Shown one piece after another: positions 40,152 through 49,788 of a DNA stretch of 64,000 nt; within the stretch, counting starts at the first letter, position 1; every line of letters starts with the position of its first letter. Origin of the DNA: Planctomycetota bacterium. Lineage in GTDB: Bacteria; Planctomycetota; UBA1135; UBA2386. Position numbers and translations under genes: made by a program. The DNA lies in the NCBI GenBank assembly GCA_947501605.1, contig CANMWZ010000021.1, positions 1 to 64,000 of the forward strand, in the 5' to 3' direction. The notes under the pieces were generated by a model. That model was not told the origin of the DNA. It searched no databases and saw only the letters and a program-made list of their open reading frames with translations.

Positions 40152-41531
40152 TCAGTACTTCTTGTCGCGCGGGCCGGTTCGATCGTACTCACGCGTCACG
40201 TGGCATCCCGGCGTGCACTGGCCGCCGCTCGTCAGCGGCACGTAGTTGGTCGGCAGGTCCCAGATGCCGAACGGCACCGCATCGCGGATGTGGAACGGAT
40301 GCTGGCTCGCATGCACGTCGTGGCAGGCACGACAGGTGCGGCCCTTGCGGTCGCGATTGACGTGCACGTAGTGCAGATTGCGATCGCCCTGGCGGAAGTT
40401 CGTGACCGTGTCGGTGTACTTCTGCAGTACGCGCTCCTGCTCGTGGCAGCCAAAGCAGAGGCTGAACTCCGTCAGCTCGAACTTCTTGGTGTAGAACTCG
40501 GGCTCGTAGTTGCGCACGAGCATCCGGAAGTTGTCGGAGCCGTGCGGATTGTGGCAGTTCGGACACTGCCCCTCGCGGATCGGACCGTGGTGGTCCGGGT
40601 ACTTCTGCAGGTGGTCGCCGATGCCGACCAGCTTGCCGATGGGCTTCTGGTGGCACTTGAGGCACAGGTCGATCGGCACGGCCTCGAGCAACTTCGGTTC
40701 GTGCGAGCCGTGCACGTTGTGACAATTCAGACACGAGCGCTGCGTCTGGATCGCACCGTGCGGCGTCTTCGAGTCCTGAGCCATCTTCCGCACGTCCTCG
40801 TGACAGCGGAAGCAGAGCTCGGGCACGGTCGCCCGCAGATGCATGCCGTTGTCGGCCCCGTGCGGGTCGTGGCAGTTCGGGCACGACTGCTGCACCGGCG
40901 GGTGTGTCACCTGCGACGCCGCGATGTGATTGCCCATCTGGTCGTGGCACGAGATGCACAGGGTCGTGCGGGGTGCCCGTAGGAACTGCTGCTCGTCCGA
41001 ACCGTGCGGGTTGTGGCACAGCGTGCAGGCGCCGACCGAGACCGGCCCGTGCGCCTGCTTCGAACGACGGACGTGTTCGCGATCATGGCACTGGAAGCAG
41101 AGACTGCCGTCGTTCGGCTTCTTGAACAGGGTCGGCTGCGCGCTGCGGTGCGGGTCGTGACACTGGGTGCAGAGTCCCGTGCGATACGGGAAGTGCTCGT
41201 ATTTGGGCTGATTCTTGGGGTGGCACTGTTCGCACATCGACGGGATGTTCGCGAGCGTGATCGCCTCGAACGCGTGCTCATCCTCCTCGCCGCTTGCCGC
41301 GTGACACGTCGTGCACTGCCCTTCGCGCACCGGCGCATGCACACTGACCCCGGCTTGGTAGGTGTCGTGGCAACTGCTCGTCGTGCAGGTGCGGCCCTCG
41401 AGCTTGGCGGGCGGCGTGCGAACGGCTTCCGGCTCCTGCGGCGACGCCCACGCAATCGACGCGGTGCAGACGAGAAGGCCTATCGTGCGGGCCCACGCGA
41501 GCAGCCGACAGTTTTGAATGGGACGGTTCAC
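40152..41531 (-). CDS. Periplasmic multiheme cytochrome c with paired-CXXCH (DmsE/MtrA-like) repeats, about 15 hemes
   Basis: 13 CXXCH plus CTTSSCH (CX4CH) and CTPGCH (CX3CH); repeated H.P...C..CH.PH....L...LC..CH unit; signal peptide. Confidence 0.92.
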   Translation of the reverse strand: MNRPIQNCRLLAWARTIGLLVCTASIAWASPQEPEAVRTPPAKLEGRTCTTSSCHDTYQAGVSVHAPVREGQCTTCHAASGEEDEHAFEAITLANIPSMCEQCHPKNQPKYEHFPYRTGLCTQCHDPHRSAQPTLFKKPNDGSLCFQCHDREHVRRSKQAHGPVSVGACTLCHNPHGSDEQQFLRAPRTTLCISCHDQMGNHIAASQVTHPPVQQSCPNCHDPHGADNGMHLRATVPELCFRCHEDVRKMAQDSKTPHGAIQTQRSCLNCHNVHGSHEPKLLEAVPIDLCLKCHQKPIGKLVGIGDHLQKYPDHHGPIREGQCPNCHNPHGSDNFRMLVRNYEPEFYTKKFELTEFSLCFGCHEQERVLQKYTDTVTNFRQGDRNLHYVHVNRDRKGRTCRACHDVHASQHPFHIRDAVPFGIWDLPTNYVPLTSGGQCTPGCHVTREYDRTGPRDKKY

Positions 41532-41665
41532 TGTCGATGGTGCGGCGACGAGAGAGAGGCGAGGGTGGTTGCGCGCAATCGCGCGGATGCATCCACTTTG
41601 TGAAATACGACAGCGACATCCGAATTGCGTCTTCGTCGACCTGCACGCGAGGTGCGACCTCGTTC

Positions 41666-44437
41666 ATGCGGCCCGTCCTCCTCATCCTCCTCACCACCGG
41701 TCTCGCCGCTAGCACTTCGGCCCAGGACGCAGCCGCAGGCCGAGCCACCTACGAGTGGATCTGCATGGCCTGTCACGGTCCAGAGGCCGAGGGACAACAG
41801 GCCCTGCACGCGCCGTCCCTGCGCCTCCAAGAAGACTGGTACCTAGAGGCGCAGCTCGAGAAGTTCCGCGCCGGCGCGCGCGGCGCGCATCCCGACGACA
41901 CGACGGGTTCGCCGATGCGGCTGACGGCGACCGTGCTCGACGACGACAACATCCGCGACGTCGTGGCCTACGTCGTGTCGCTCGGCAAGAGGGGACTGCC
42001 GCCAACGCAGCACTCACTGGCCGGCGATGCGACGCGCGGCCAGACCCTCTATGCGATGTGCGCTGCGTGCCACGGCGCCGACGGTCGCGGCAATCCCGCG
42101 CTTCGTGCCCCGGGGCTCGCGGGACAATGGGACTGGTACCTCGCGCGCCAACTCGGCAAGTTCCGCAGCGGCGCTCGCGGCGGCGATCCGCGCGATGTCT
42201 ATGGCGCGCAAATGGCACCGTTCGCGCGTTCGCTGCCCGACGACGAGGCGATCGTCGACCTCGTTGCTTACATCCGCTCGTTGCCGCCGCCATTGCCCGA
42301 GAAGCCACCTGCAGCTCCGAACCCCGAGAACGGCGCGCGCGAGTTCCAGATCTGTGCCTCGTGTCACGGCGACCAGGGCCAGGGCAACACGGCCTTCCAC
42401 GCCCCGTTCCTCGGCGCGCAGGGCACTTGGTACGTCGTGCGCCAACTGCAAAACTTCCGCCGCGGCGTCCGCGGTGTCGAGCCCTCCGACGTGTTCGGCA
42501 CGCAGATGCGCGCGCTGATGGCGAACGTCGACGACCAGACGATCCTCGACCTCGCGGCCCACGTCGCCGCACTGCCGCCGCGACCGCAGACCAATGGACT
42601 GACCGTGGCGGGCGCCGATCTCGCACTCGGCGAGCAGATCCACAAGAAGACCTGCTCCCCGTGCCACGGCGCGCAAGGCGAGGGCAACCGCGTTCTCAGC
42701 GCTCCCGCACTCGCCGGCCAGGATGCCGCCTACCTCGTGCGCCAGCTCGACGCATTCCGCCGAGGCCTGCGCGGTGCCGACCTGCGCGACCCACCCGGCC
42801 GCATCATGCGGGCCTGGTCCGCGAGCCTCGCCAACGAACACGAAGTGCACAGCGTCGCTCTGTTCCTCGCCGGGCTCGAACCCGTCCGCGCCGACGATCA
42901 CGCCGCGCCCGACAAGGCCGTCGTCGCCCTCGCCGCGGCGCCGCCGCCGATCGGCCCCGACCCGACGGCGCCGCGCGTCTGGCCCAAGGGACTGCTGGCG
43001 CCGCGCAAGGACCAGCCAGTCGAACCCAAGCCGGCGACCGGCCCGAGTCTGACGCCCGCTCCGGAAGAGCCGGCCGCGGCACAACCGGTTGCGACCATCG
43101 AAATGCCGGCCCCCGATGCGCCCCCCACCGGTGCCAGCCTGTTCGCGACGTGCATCGGCTGTCACGGCACCGCGGCCCAGGGCAATGCGAAGTTGCGCGC
43201 ACCGGTGCTCGCCGGACTGGGCAGTTGGTACGTCACCGAACAACTGAAGAAGTTCCGCGCCGGCTGGCGCGGCGCCCACCCGATGGATGCCGCTGGCTCG
43301 AGCATGCGGCCCATGGCCGCAACCCTGCCCGACGAGGACGCGATCCGCATGGTCGCGGACCACATCGGCAGCCTGCCGATCGCCGAGCCGGACGCGCCGC
43401 GACTGCGCGGCAATGCCGCCCGCGGCGCTTCGCTGTATGCGGCCTGCGCCGGCTGTCACGGCATCGACGGCAAGGGCAACGAGGGGCTGAAGGCCCCGGC
43501 GCTCCTGCATCAAGCCGACTGGTACCTCGCGACGCAGTTGCGCAACTTCAAGTCGGGAGCCCGCGGCGCCCATCCGGCTGACTCTGCGGGCGGGATGATG
43601 CGGCCCATGGCTGCGGGCCTCGCCGACGAGACGGCCATCGCCGACGTCGTGACCCACATCGTCACGTTGCGCGGCGGCACGCCACCGGTTGCCGAGGGCA
43701 GTGAAGCGGCGGTCGCCACTCCGGCCGAGGAGAACCCCGCTCCAGCGGAAGGCGAACCCGCGAGCGAAGAGGACACTACCACCGACGAGACCGCGGCCGC
43801 GACGAACGTCGTGCTCGCCGGCGACGCGGCGAAGGGGCAGGCCCTGTTCGCGACCTGCATGGCCTGCCACGGCACGGACGGCCGCGGCAACGAGGCCCTG
43901 CAGGCGCCACAGATCGCCGGGCAGGAACCCTGGTACCTCTCGACGCAGCTGCGCAACTTCAAGAACGGCGTGCGCGGCGCCCACCCGCAGGATGTGAAGG
44001 GCATGCAGATGCGGCCGATGGCCATGATGCTCGCCGACGATCAAGCGATCGCCGACGTCGCAGCCCACGTACACGGCCTGCAGCCGGGCTCCGGCAAGAT
44101 CACGCTGGGTGGTGATGCGACCAAGGGCCAGCAGCTCTACACCTCGTGCATCGCGTGCCACGGCATGGACGGGAAGGGCAATGCCGCACTCAAAGCGCCG
44201 TCGCTGGCCGGGCAGCAGGACTGGTACCTCGCGCGCCAGCTGCTGAACTTCCGCGCCGGGATCCGCGGGGCGCACCAGGACGATGCCGCGGGTGCGCTGA
44301 TGCGGCCGATGGCCGCGACCCTCGCCGACGAAGTGGCGATCCACGACGTTGCTGCCTATCTCGCGACGCTGGGGCGCACTGCCGACGAAGCCCGAGAACC
44401 GAAGGCGCCAGAGACCCCCAAAGAGGACGACAAGTAG
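41666..44437 (+). CDS. Eight-domain class I cytochrome c (four tandem cytochrome c4-like di-domain modules)
   Basis: CMACH, CAACH, CASCH, CSPCH, CIGCH, CAGCH, CMACH and CIACH, each followed by AP.L..Q..WYL..QL..F..G.RG and a G..M axial Met; Pro/Glu-rich linkers; ATG at 41666 with signal peptide. Confidence 0.92.
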   Translation: MRPVLLILLTTGLAASTSAQDAAAGRATYEWICMACHGPEAEGQQALHAPSLRLQEDWYLEAQLEKFRAGARGAHPDDTTGSPMRLTATVLDDDNIRDVVAYVVSLGKRGLPPTQHSLAGDATRGQTLYAMCAACHGADGRGNPALRAPGLAGQWDWYLARQLGKFRSGARGGDPRDVYGAQMAPFARSLPDDEAIVDLVAYIRSLPPPLPEKPPAAPNPENGAREFQICASCHGDQGQGNTAFHAPFLGAQGTWYVVRQLQNFRRGVRGVEPSDVFGTQMRALMANVDDQTILDLAAHVAALPPRPQTNGLTVAGADLALGEQIHKKTCSPCHGAQGEGNRVLSAPALAGQDAAYLVRQLDAFRRGLRGADLRDPPGRIMRAWSASLANEHEVHSVALFLAGLEPVRADDHAAPDKAVVALAAAPPPIGPDPTAPRVWPKGLLAPRKDQPVEPKPATGPSLTPAPEEPAAAQPVATIEMPAPDAPPTGASLFATCIGCHGTAAQGNAKLRAPVLAGLGSWYVTEQLKKFRAGWRGAHPMDAAGSSMRPMAATLPDEDAIRMVADHIGSLPIAEPDAPRLRGNAARGASLYAACAGCHGIDGKGNEGLKAPALLHQADWYLATQLRNFKSGARGAHPADSAGGMMRPMAAGLADETAIADVVTHIVTLRGGTPPVAEGSEAAVATPAEENPAPAEGEPASEEDTTTDETAAATNVVLAGDAAKGQALFATCMACHGTDGRGNEALQAPQIAGQEPWYLSTQLRNFKNGVRGAHPQDVKGMQMRPMAMMLADDQAIADVAAHVHGLQPGSGKITLGGDATKGQQLYTSCIACHGMDGKGNAALKAPSLAGQQDWYLARQLLNFRAGIRGAHQDDAAGALMRPMAATLADEVAIHDVAAYLATLGRTADEAREPKAPETPKEDDK

Positions 44438-47400
44438 TGGCTCTGCTGACGCGGCTCGGTCACCCGCTCGTGACGGTGGCGCTGACTGCAGTGCTGACAC
44501 TCATCCTCGGCGTCGGTGCCTTGGTCGCAGCCGCGCGCGGCAGCGCGCACGCGCGCGCGCTGGTCTTCGACCTACCGCTCCTCGACGCGCTCCTCTGCGT
44601 CTGTGCGCTGCACCTGCTGCTCGCCCTCGTCTCTCATTGCCGCCGCGGCCTCGCCCAGTGGTACTTCGCGTGCCTCGATGCGGGATTGCTGCTGCTCGCT
44701 CTCGGCACACTGTTGACCCGACTTCTCGGCGCGATCGGCAGCGCGACCCTCGCGGTGGGAGGAACGGCGAACGCCTTCGAGCTCCCTGGCACCGAACTGC
44801 ACGCGCGCTGGGGTGCGGATCGCGAGGCCGTGGCCGATCTCGGGGTCGTGCCGCCCACGGGCCCGGTGCATTGGCAAGGCGACGAGGGACCGCTCGTTCA
44901 CATCGTCGACGTCGCGACCGACGCGGAACTGCAGGTAGGCATCGGCCCGGGCGCTGCCGCCGACGGCCCTGGGGTCGCGCTGCGGTTCGGCACGCTGAGC
45001 ACCTCGTTCTCGACCTGGTTGCTCGGCAGCACGCCGTTCTTCCGGCAGAAGCAGGTGGGCCCCGTCGACGTCGAGTATCTCGTGGCACCCGACGACACCA
45101 CGCTGCAGGGTTGGTTGCCCGCGCAGGCGACCGACGACGGCCAGGTCACGGTCGTGTTCGCCGGAAGCGGCGAGCGATTGGTGCTCGATCTGCCGCGCGA
45201 GGTCGCGAGCGAACGCAGAGTCGGCGACGTCACCGTGGTCGCGCACCGCTACCTCCTGCATGCGCGCCTGATCGGCGAGCAACTCGTAGACGACGTATCG
45301 GCACCGGTCAATCCGGCCGCCGTCGTCGCAGTGCGGCGCGGCGAGGTCGTCGAGACCCACACCGTGTTCAGCCAGCAACCGGAGTTCAACCTCATCGCCG
45401 GCCGCGGCCAGAATGGCCTCGTCGACGCGATCGAGCTCGCGGCAAACGGAGTAGGCAAGCAACGCCGCGTGCGCATTCTCGGTGCGAAGAACGGACGGCA
45501 CTTCGTGCAAGTGCTGACCTCGACCGCACGCGGCGAGGCGTGGCCGCTCGAGCTCGGACGATCGGTCGTACTCGGCGACCTCGGCCTCGACGCCATGCTC
45601 GAGAAGTTCCTGCCGCACGCGACAGCACGCGCGTGGCCCAGACCAGCGGCGCGAATGGGCAGCGGCAGCGACTTCGTGTGCATCGCCAAGGGAACTCCGG
45701 ACACCACGACGGGCGCGGAGTGGCTGCGAATCGGCGCCGATGCCACGCTCCAGATCGACGGCGCTCCAGTCGTGCTGACCTACCGCGCGCGGCGCGCGAA
45801 GTTGCCCTTCGACCTGAGCGCCATGTCGGCCACCGTCGATCGTCGACCCGGCAGTTCCCTGCCTTCGCGATACACGAGCGAACTGGCGATCCGCGACGGC
45901 AGCGCACCAGCGCAACGCGTGACGCTGGGCAATCACGCGCCGACCGACTGGTTCGGCCACCGTCTCGTGCACCGCGGCTACGCCCCGGGTCAGGGCGACC
46001 AGCCGGCGACCATCGTGCTCGCAGTCGGTCTCGAGCCCGGCCGCCACCTCGTGCACGCGGGGCTACTCCTCCTGCTTCTCGGCGCGTTCGGCCTATTGCT
46101 GCGCCGCGCGCCTCGTTCGCACTCCTCAGGACTGACATGGCTGGTGTCCGCCGCCGCGCTGCTCGCACCGCTGTCGGCCCAGTCCTTCTCTGCACTGCCG
46201 CTCGACTCCACGCGAGACTGGCCCGTCCAGCACGACGGTCGTCTGCAACCCCTCGAGTCCTGGGCCCGCGCACAGCTCGCGGCGATCGGCGGCCCCGCGG
46301 CGCGCGACATCATCGAGCCCCTCGAGTTCGTGTGGGCTCTGCAGTTCGCGCCGGCGAGCGTGCGCCTGATGCCACTCGTCCGGGTGACCGGGACGGAACT
46401 GCGCCGTTCGCTGCAACTGCCAGAGGACCGCCGCAGGATGTCGTACGACGCACTGCTGGCCGACGCGGCGTTTCGTTCACTCGTCGAGGCCGCGCAGGCC
46501 GACTTGCCAGAGGGCGCAGAACGGCTGCCCGTGGCGCAGCAGGCACTCGAGGTCTACGAGCGGCTACTGGCGATGGCCGCGATCACGGACGGAACCGCGC
46601 TTCGGATGCTGCCGACCGGTCGCGCCGATGGTTCGTTTGCGAGTCTTGCCGATTTGCGCGGCGACGGGTCGGCGCAGGCAACGCGACTGCTCGCTGAACT
46701 GCAGGCGATCGCTGCGGCCGCGCGCGCGGGCGATGCCGCGGGCTTCGGGGCGCACGCCGCCGCCTTCCGCCGACTCGTCGACGACGCCAACGGCGGCAGC
46801 ATCGCCGGCGCGGCCGAGCGGCAATGGGAACTCATGCACGCCGACCTCGATGCGTCGACGCGCGCCCTCTTGCTGTACCTGTTGGCGACCGTGCTCCTGC
46901 TATGGCCCACGCGTTCGCACTGGCCTGCGCGATTCGGTGCCGCGGCGCAAGGAGCAGGCCTCTTGCTCCAGGTGGCGAGCGCCCTCGCGAGCGCCGCTGC
47001 GACCGGCCGACTGCCGGTCGCGTCGCCACCAGAAGGGCTGCGCTTCGCGGCTTTGGCGGCAGTGGCCGTCGCGTTCGCACTCTCCTTTTGCGCGAAGCGC
47101 ACGGCACCGCTCGCGGCCGCTTCGCCGTTCGCGCTGACCGCTCTGCTGCTCGCGGCCGGGGCGCCGACCAGCGATCCGTTCGGAGTGCTGCCCCCAGGAC
47201 TTGCCGACACGGCTTGGCTGTCCGTGCACGGCGCTGCGAACGCAGCCGCATTCGGCGCACTGGCCCTTGCGGCACTTCTGGCGCACGGCGTCGCCCTGCG
47301 ACCGACCGACGAACGCCTGCTGCGCGCAATGACCGCGGCGCGCTTGCTCGGCACGGCCTTGCTGATCGTCGGCATCGCCTCGGGCGTGGCGTGGGCCGAG

Positions 47401-47712
47401 CGCGGTTGGGGCCGCCAGTTCGGCTTCGAGGCGAAGGAGATCTGGACCGCGGCAACCGGGCTGATCCACATAGCCCTTCTCGTGCTGTTCGCGCACGGAC
47501 GCTGGTCTGCGTCCGCACAGGCGAATGCGACCATCGCCGCATTCGCACCCGTCGTCGGCACTTGGCTGCTGCTCGACTCCCTGTATCGCCCCGGCCTGCA
47601 CACGCAAGCTGCCCCGGTCGGCGTCGGCCCGATCCTGGTCTGGTTCTCTCTCGAAGTGGCGTTCGTGGCCTTTGCCGCGCTGCGGCGGCGGTTCGCTCGA
47701 CTACCGGCCTGA
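44437..47712 (+). CDS. System II cytochrome c biogenesis fusion protein (ResB/CcsB plus CcsA/ResC), divergent
   Basis: LPFDL...PSRYTSEL...NHAP ResB-like region, VQHDGRLQPLES, WLSVHG, WWD-like WAERGWGRQFGFEAKEIW, GLHT; GTG overlaps the upstream stop. Confidence 0.8.
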   Translation: MALLTRLGHPLVTVALTAVLTLILGVGALVAAARGSAHARALVFDLPLLDALLCVCALHLLLALVSHCRRGLAQWYFACLDAGLLLLALGTLLTRLLGAIGSATLAVGGTANAFELPGTELHARWGADREAVADLGVVPPTGPVHWQGDEGPLVHIVDVATDAELQVGIGPGAAADGPGVALRFGTLSTSFSTWLLGSTPFFRQKQVGPVDVEYLVAPDDTTLQGWLPAQATDDGQVTVVFAGSGERLVLDLPREVASERRVGDVTVVAHRYLLHARLIGEQLVDDVSAPVNPAAVVAVRRGEVVETHTVFSQQPEFNLIAGRGQNGLVDAIELAANGVGKQRRVRILGAKNGRHFVQVLTSTARGEAWPLELGRSVVLGDLGLDAMLEKFLPHATARAWPRPAARMGSGSDFVCIAKGTPDTTTGAEWLRIGADATLQIDGAPVVLTYRARRAKLPFDLSAMSATVDRRPGSSLPSRYTSELAIRDGSAPAQRVTLGNHAPTDWFGHRLVHRGYAPGQGDQPATIVLAVGLEPGRHLVHAGLLLLLLGAFGLLLRRAPRSHSSGLTWLVSAAALLAPLSAQSFSALPLDSTRDWPVQHDGRLQPLESWARAQLAAIGGPAARDIIEPLEFVWALQFAPASVRLMPLVRVTGTELRRSLQLPEDRRRMSYDALLADAAFRSLVEAAQADLPEGAERLPVAQQALEVYERLLAMAAITDGTALRMLPTGRADGSFASLADLRGDGSAQATRLLAELQAIAAAARAGDAAGFGAHAAAFRRLVDDANGGSIAGAAERQWELMHADLDASTRALLLYLLATVLLLWPTRSHWPARFGAAAQGAGLLLQVASALASAAATGRLPVASPPEGLRFAALAAVAVAFALSFCAKRTAPLAAASPFALTALLLAAGAPTSDPFGVLPPGLADTAWLSVHGAANAAAFGALALAALLAHGVALRPTDERLLRAMTAARLLGTALLIVGIASGVAWAERGWGRQFGFEAKEIWTAATGLIHIALLVLFAHGRWSASAQANATIAAFAPVVGTWLLLDSLYRPGLHTQAAPVGVGPILVWFSLEVAFVAFAALRRRFARLPA

Positions 47713-47732
47713 GCCTGCGACTGCCGCAGACT

Positions 47733-48797
47733 TCAGCGCCCCTCCCCCGGCGGCGTCGACGTCGCGGCTCCGTCGCTGCTCGGCTCGATCAAGTCCCCGC
47801 GCAACAGGACGACCGCATGCTTGCTGCGCAACTCGGCGAGCCACCGGGCACGTGCCAGCTTGAGGTGCTCCTCGTGCAGCCACTGCTCGATCGCGGCCCG
47901 CATGTCGGCGAACGACTGCCGCGCGGGCGGCTTCTCCTCGGTGCACCGCAGGATGTGGAAGCCGTGCAACGAACGGATCACTTCGGTCGTCTCGCCGACA
48001 CCGAGCGCCTTCGCGGCGTCGCCCAGCGCCTGCATGCGAAAGGAGCCGACCTGCTGCATGCCAAGGTCGCCGCCCTTCTCCGCGAACTCGTCCTCCGAGT
48101 AGATCCTCGCCACGGTTCCGAACGGCTTCCCGGCGCGCAACTCGGCCATGGCGGCATCGATCTTCGCGCGCTTGCTCTCCTCCTCGTGCCGGATGCGCGA
48201 CGGATCGACGCCGACGAAGATCTGGAAGTAGTGTGCTTCGCGCGGGGCCATGAACGCAGTCGGGTCCGCAGCGATGCGATCGTCATAGAGCGACTGCAGC
48301 ATCGCGTCGGCCGGCCGCGCGATGCCTTTCGCGAGACGCTCCTCGTTCTTGCGGATCAGCACGCGCCGCTCGAGGCTCGGTCGCACTTCGTCGAACAGCG
48401 CCTCGCGGGCCGCCGCTGCCAGGGCTGCGTACTCCGAGCCAGCTTCCCGGAGCGCGGCCTCGAACTCGACGCGGAGTTCCTCGTCCCCGGCCGTGAGCCC
48501 TCGAGCCAGCGCATCGAGATAGACCAAGTGCTTGACCACCAGCTTGTCGAAGGCTTCGCGGCGGAACGTGGCCATCTGGTCGGGCGGCACGCGGCGGTGG
48601 TAGAAGTTCAGCGGGATCTGGCGGCCCACCTCGGCAATCAAGTCGGACAGCAGCACCTGGCGATCGCCGACCGTAGCGATGCACGGATCCGCCGACGGGG
48701 TCGCCGGCCCGGGGGGAACCGAAACGGGCGGGTGCTGGGCGCGCACCACGGCGAGCAGGGCGAAGACGCAGGCGACGGCTCGGAATCGGTTCGGCAT
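47733..48797 (-). CDS. PpiC-type peptidyl-prolyl cis-trans isomerase (SurA/PrsA-like chaperone)
   Basis: IATVGDRQV, FGTVARIYSED, KGGDLG, IRSLHGFHIL; ATG at 48797 with signal peptide. Confidence 0.88.
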   Translation of the reverse strand: MPNRFRAVACVFALLAVVRAQHPPVSVPPGPATPSADPCIATVGDRQVLLSDLIAEVGRQIPLNFYHRRVPPDQMATFRREAFDKLVVKHLVYLDALARGLTAGDEELRVEFEAALREAGSEYAALAAAAREALFDEVRPSLERRVLIRKNEERLAKGIARPADAMLQSLYDDRIAADPTAFMAPREAHYFQIFVGVDPSRIRHEEESKRAKIDAAMAELRAGKPFGTVARIYSEDEFAEKGGDLGMQQVGSFRMQALGDAAKALGVGETTEVIRSLHGFHILRCTEEKPPARQSFADMRAAIEQWLHEEHLKLARARWLAELRSKHAVVLLRGDLIEPSSDGAATSTPPGEGR

Positions 48798-48923
48798 GGG
48801 CGAGGACCTTGTGTGCGGATGCTCCGCGACCACAACTGAGCACCCGTGTGTGGGATTGCATGGTGGCCCGAATTCGGGGCCCCGCCGCGCATGAATGGGC
48901 AAGAGTCGGGGGCCGAAGAGCCC

Positions 48924-48941
48924 ATGCGAAAGCCGGGCCAA
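48924..48941 (-). promoter_or_regulatory. Possible sigma54 (-24/-12) promoter upstream of the PpiC gene
   Basis: Minus strand reads TTGGCCCGGCTTTCGCAT, with GG-N10-GC spacing; weak match in high-GC DNA. Confidence 0.2.
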
Positions 48942-49041
48942 ACAGAAACTACCGCTCTCCTCCCCGCATTCCCGTGTTCGTGCGTCGGCCTCTCGTCCGC
49001 CGTCGCGCGCCTCTCTCGTTGCTTCTCCTCGCACCCTGGGC

Positions 49042-49767
49042 ATGTCGCGTCACCACCAACCGGCCGGATTGAACTCGCGCAGTGGGCTGTGGTGTGGCCG
49101 CGCTCGAGGCCCGCGTCGGGCAAGCTGGATCGTCGTCGCCGGCATCTGCCTGTTCGCTGCGTGCTCCGCAACGAACAACTACGCCGTCATGAGCTTCCTG
49201 TTCGATGGCGTCCCGCCGCCCGAAGGCCACGTCGTCACCCCGCTCGGCCCACCAGCCCCAGTCGAGTCGGCTGCGGTGGTCTCGAACGACGGCCCGCCGG
49301 CGCCACCTCGGAACTCGGTCCATCGTCCGTACGCCGAAGGTCGCTGCGACAAGTGCCACGCCAGCCGCGAGGGCAAGCCCGCGGGCATCAGTTCGATCTT
49401 CCAGGGCGTGCCAATGCTGCTGAAGCCGGTCGAGCAGCTCTGCCTGCAGTGCCACACCATCGAGAGCAAGCGCTTCCTGCACGCCCCCGCGATCTCGGGC
49501 CAGTGCATCTTCTGCCACGAGCCCCACCGCTCGCCGACCCATCACATGCTCCTGCTGCCGACGACGCGCGAACTGTGCGCGCGGTGTCACCGCGGGGCGA
49601 CGTTCCTGACCGAGAAGGCGCACGAGAAGTACGGCGAGCGGGAGTGCATCGAGTGTCACGACCCGCACGCAGCCGACCACGAGTTCAACCTCCTGCCAGG
49701 CGCACGCGAAGGGGCACCGGAGCCGCGCCAGCCGACGGTGTCGCGCCCGAAGCCCGGAGAGTGGTGA
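49042..49767 (+). CDS. Pentaheme c-type cytochrome lipoprotein
   Basis: CDKCH, CLQCH, CIFCH, CARCH, CIECH; lipobox-like LFAAC followed by SFLFDGVPPP; start uncertain. Confidence 0.85.
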   Translation: MSRHHQPAGLNSRSGLWCGRARGPRRASWIVVAGICLFAACSATNNYAVMSFLFDGVPPPEGHVVTPLGPPAPVESAAVVSNDGPPAPPRNSVHRPYAEGRCDKCHASREGKPAGISSIFQGVPMLLKPVEQLCLQCHTIESKRFLHAPAISGQCIFCHEPHRSPTHHMLLLPTTRELCARCHRGATFLTEKAHEKYGERECIECHDPHAADHEFNLLPGAREGAPEPRQPTVSRPKPGEW

Positions 49768-49788
49768 TCCGGACGGATCTGGCGAGCC

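Noticed and set aside
41599..41614. CRP/FNR-like TGTGA half-site in the divergent cytochrome promoter region
   Set aside because: The second half-site does not match
41720..44380. Repeated DNA segments such as ctggtacctcgcg and atgcggccgatggcc
   Set aside because: They are coding repeats of the eight cytochrome domains, not a CRISPR array or mobile repeat
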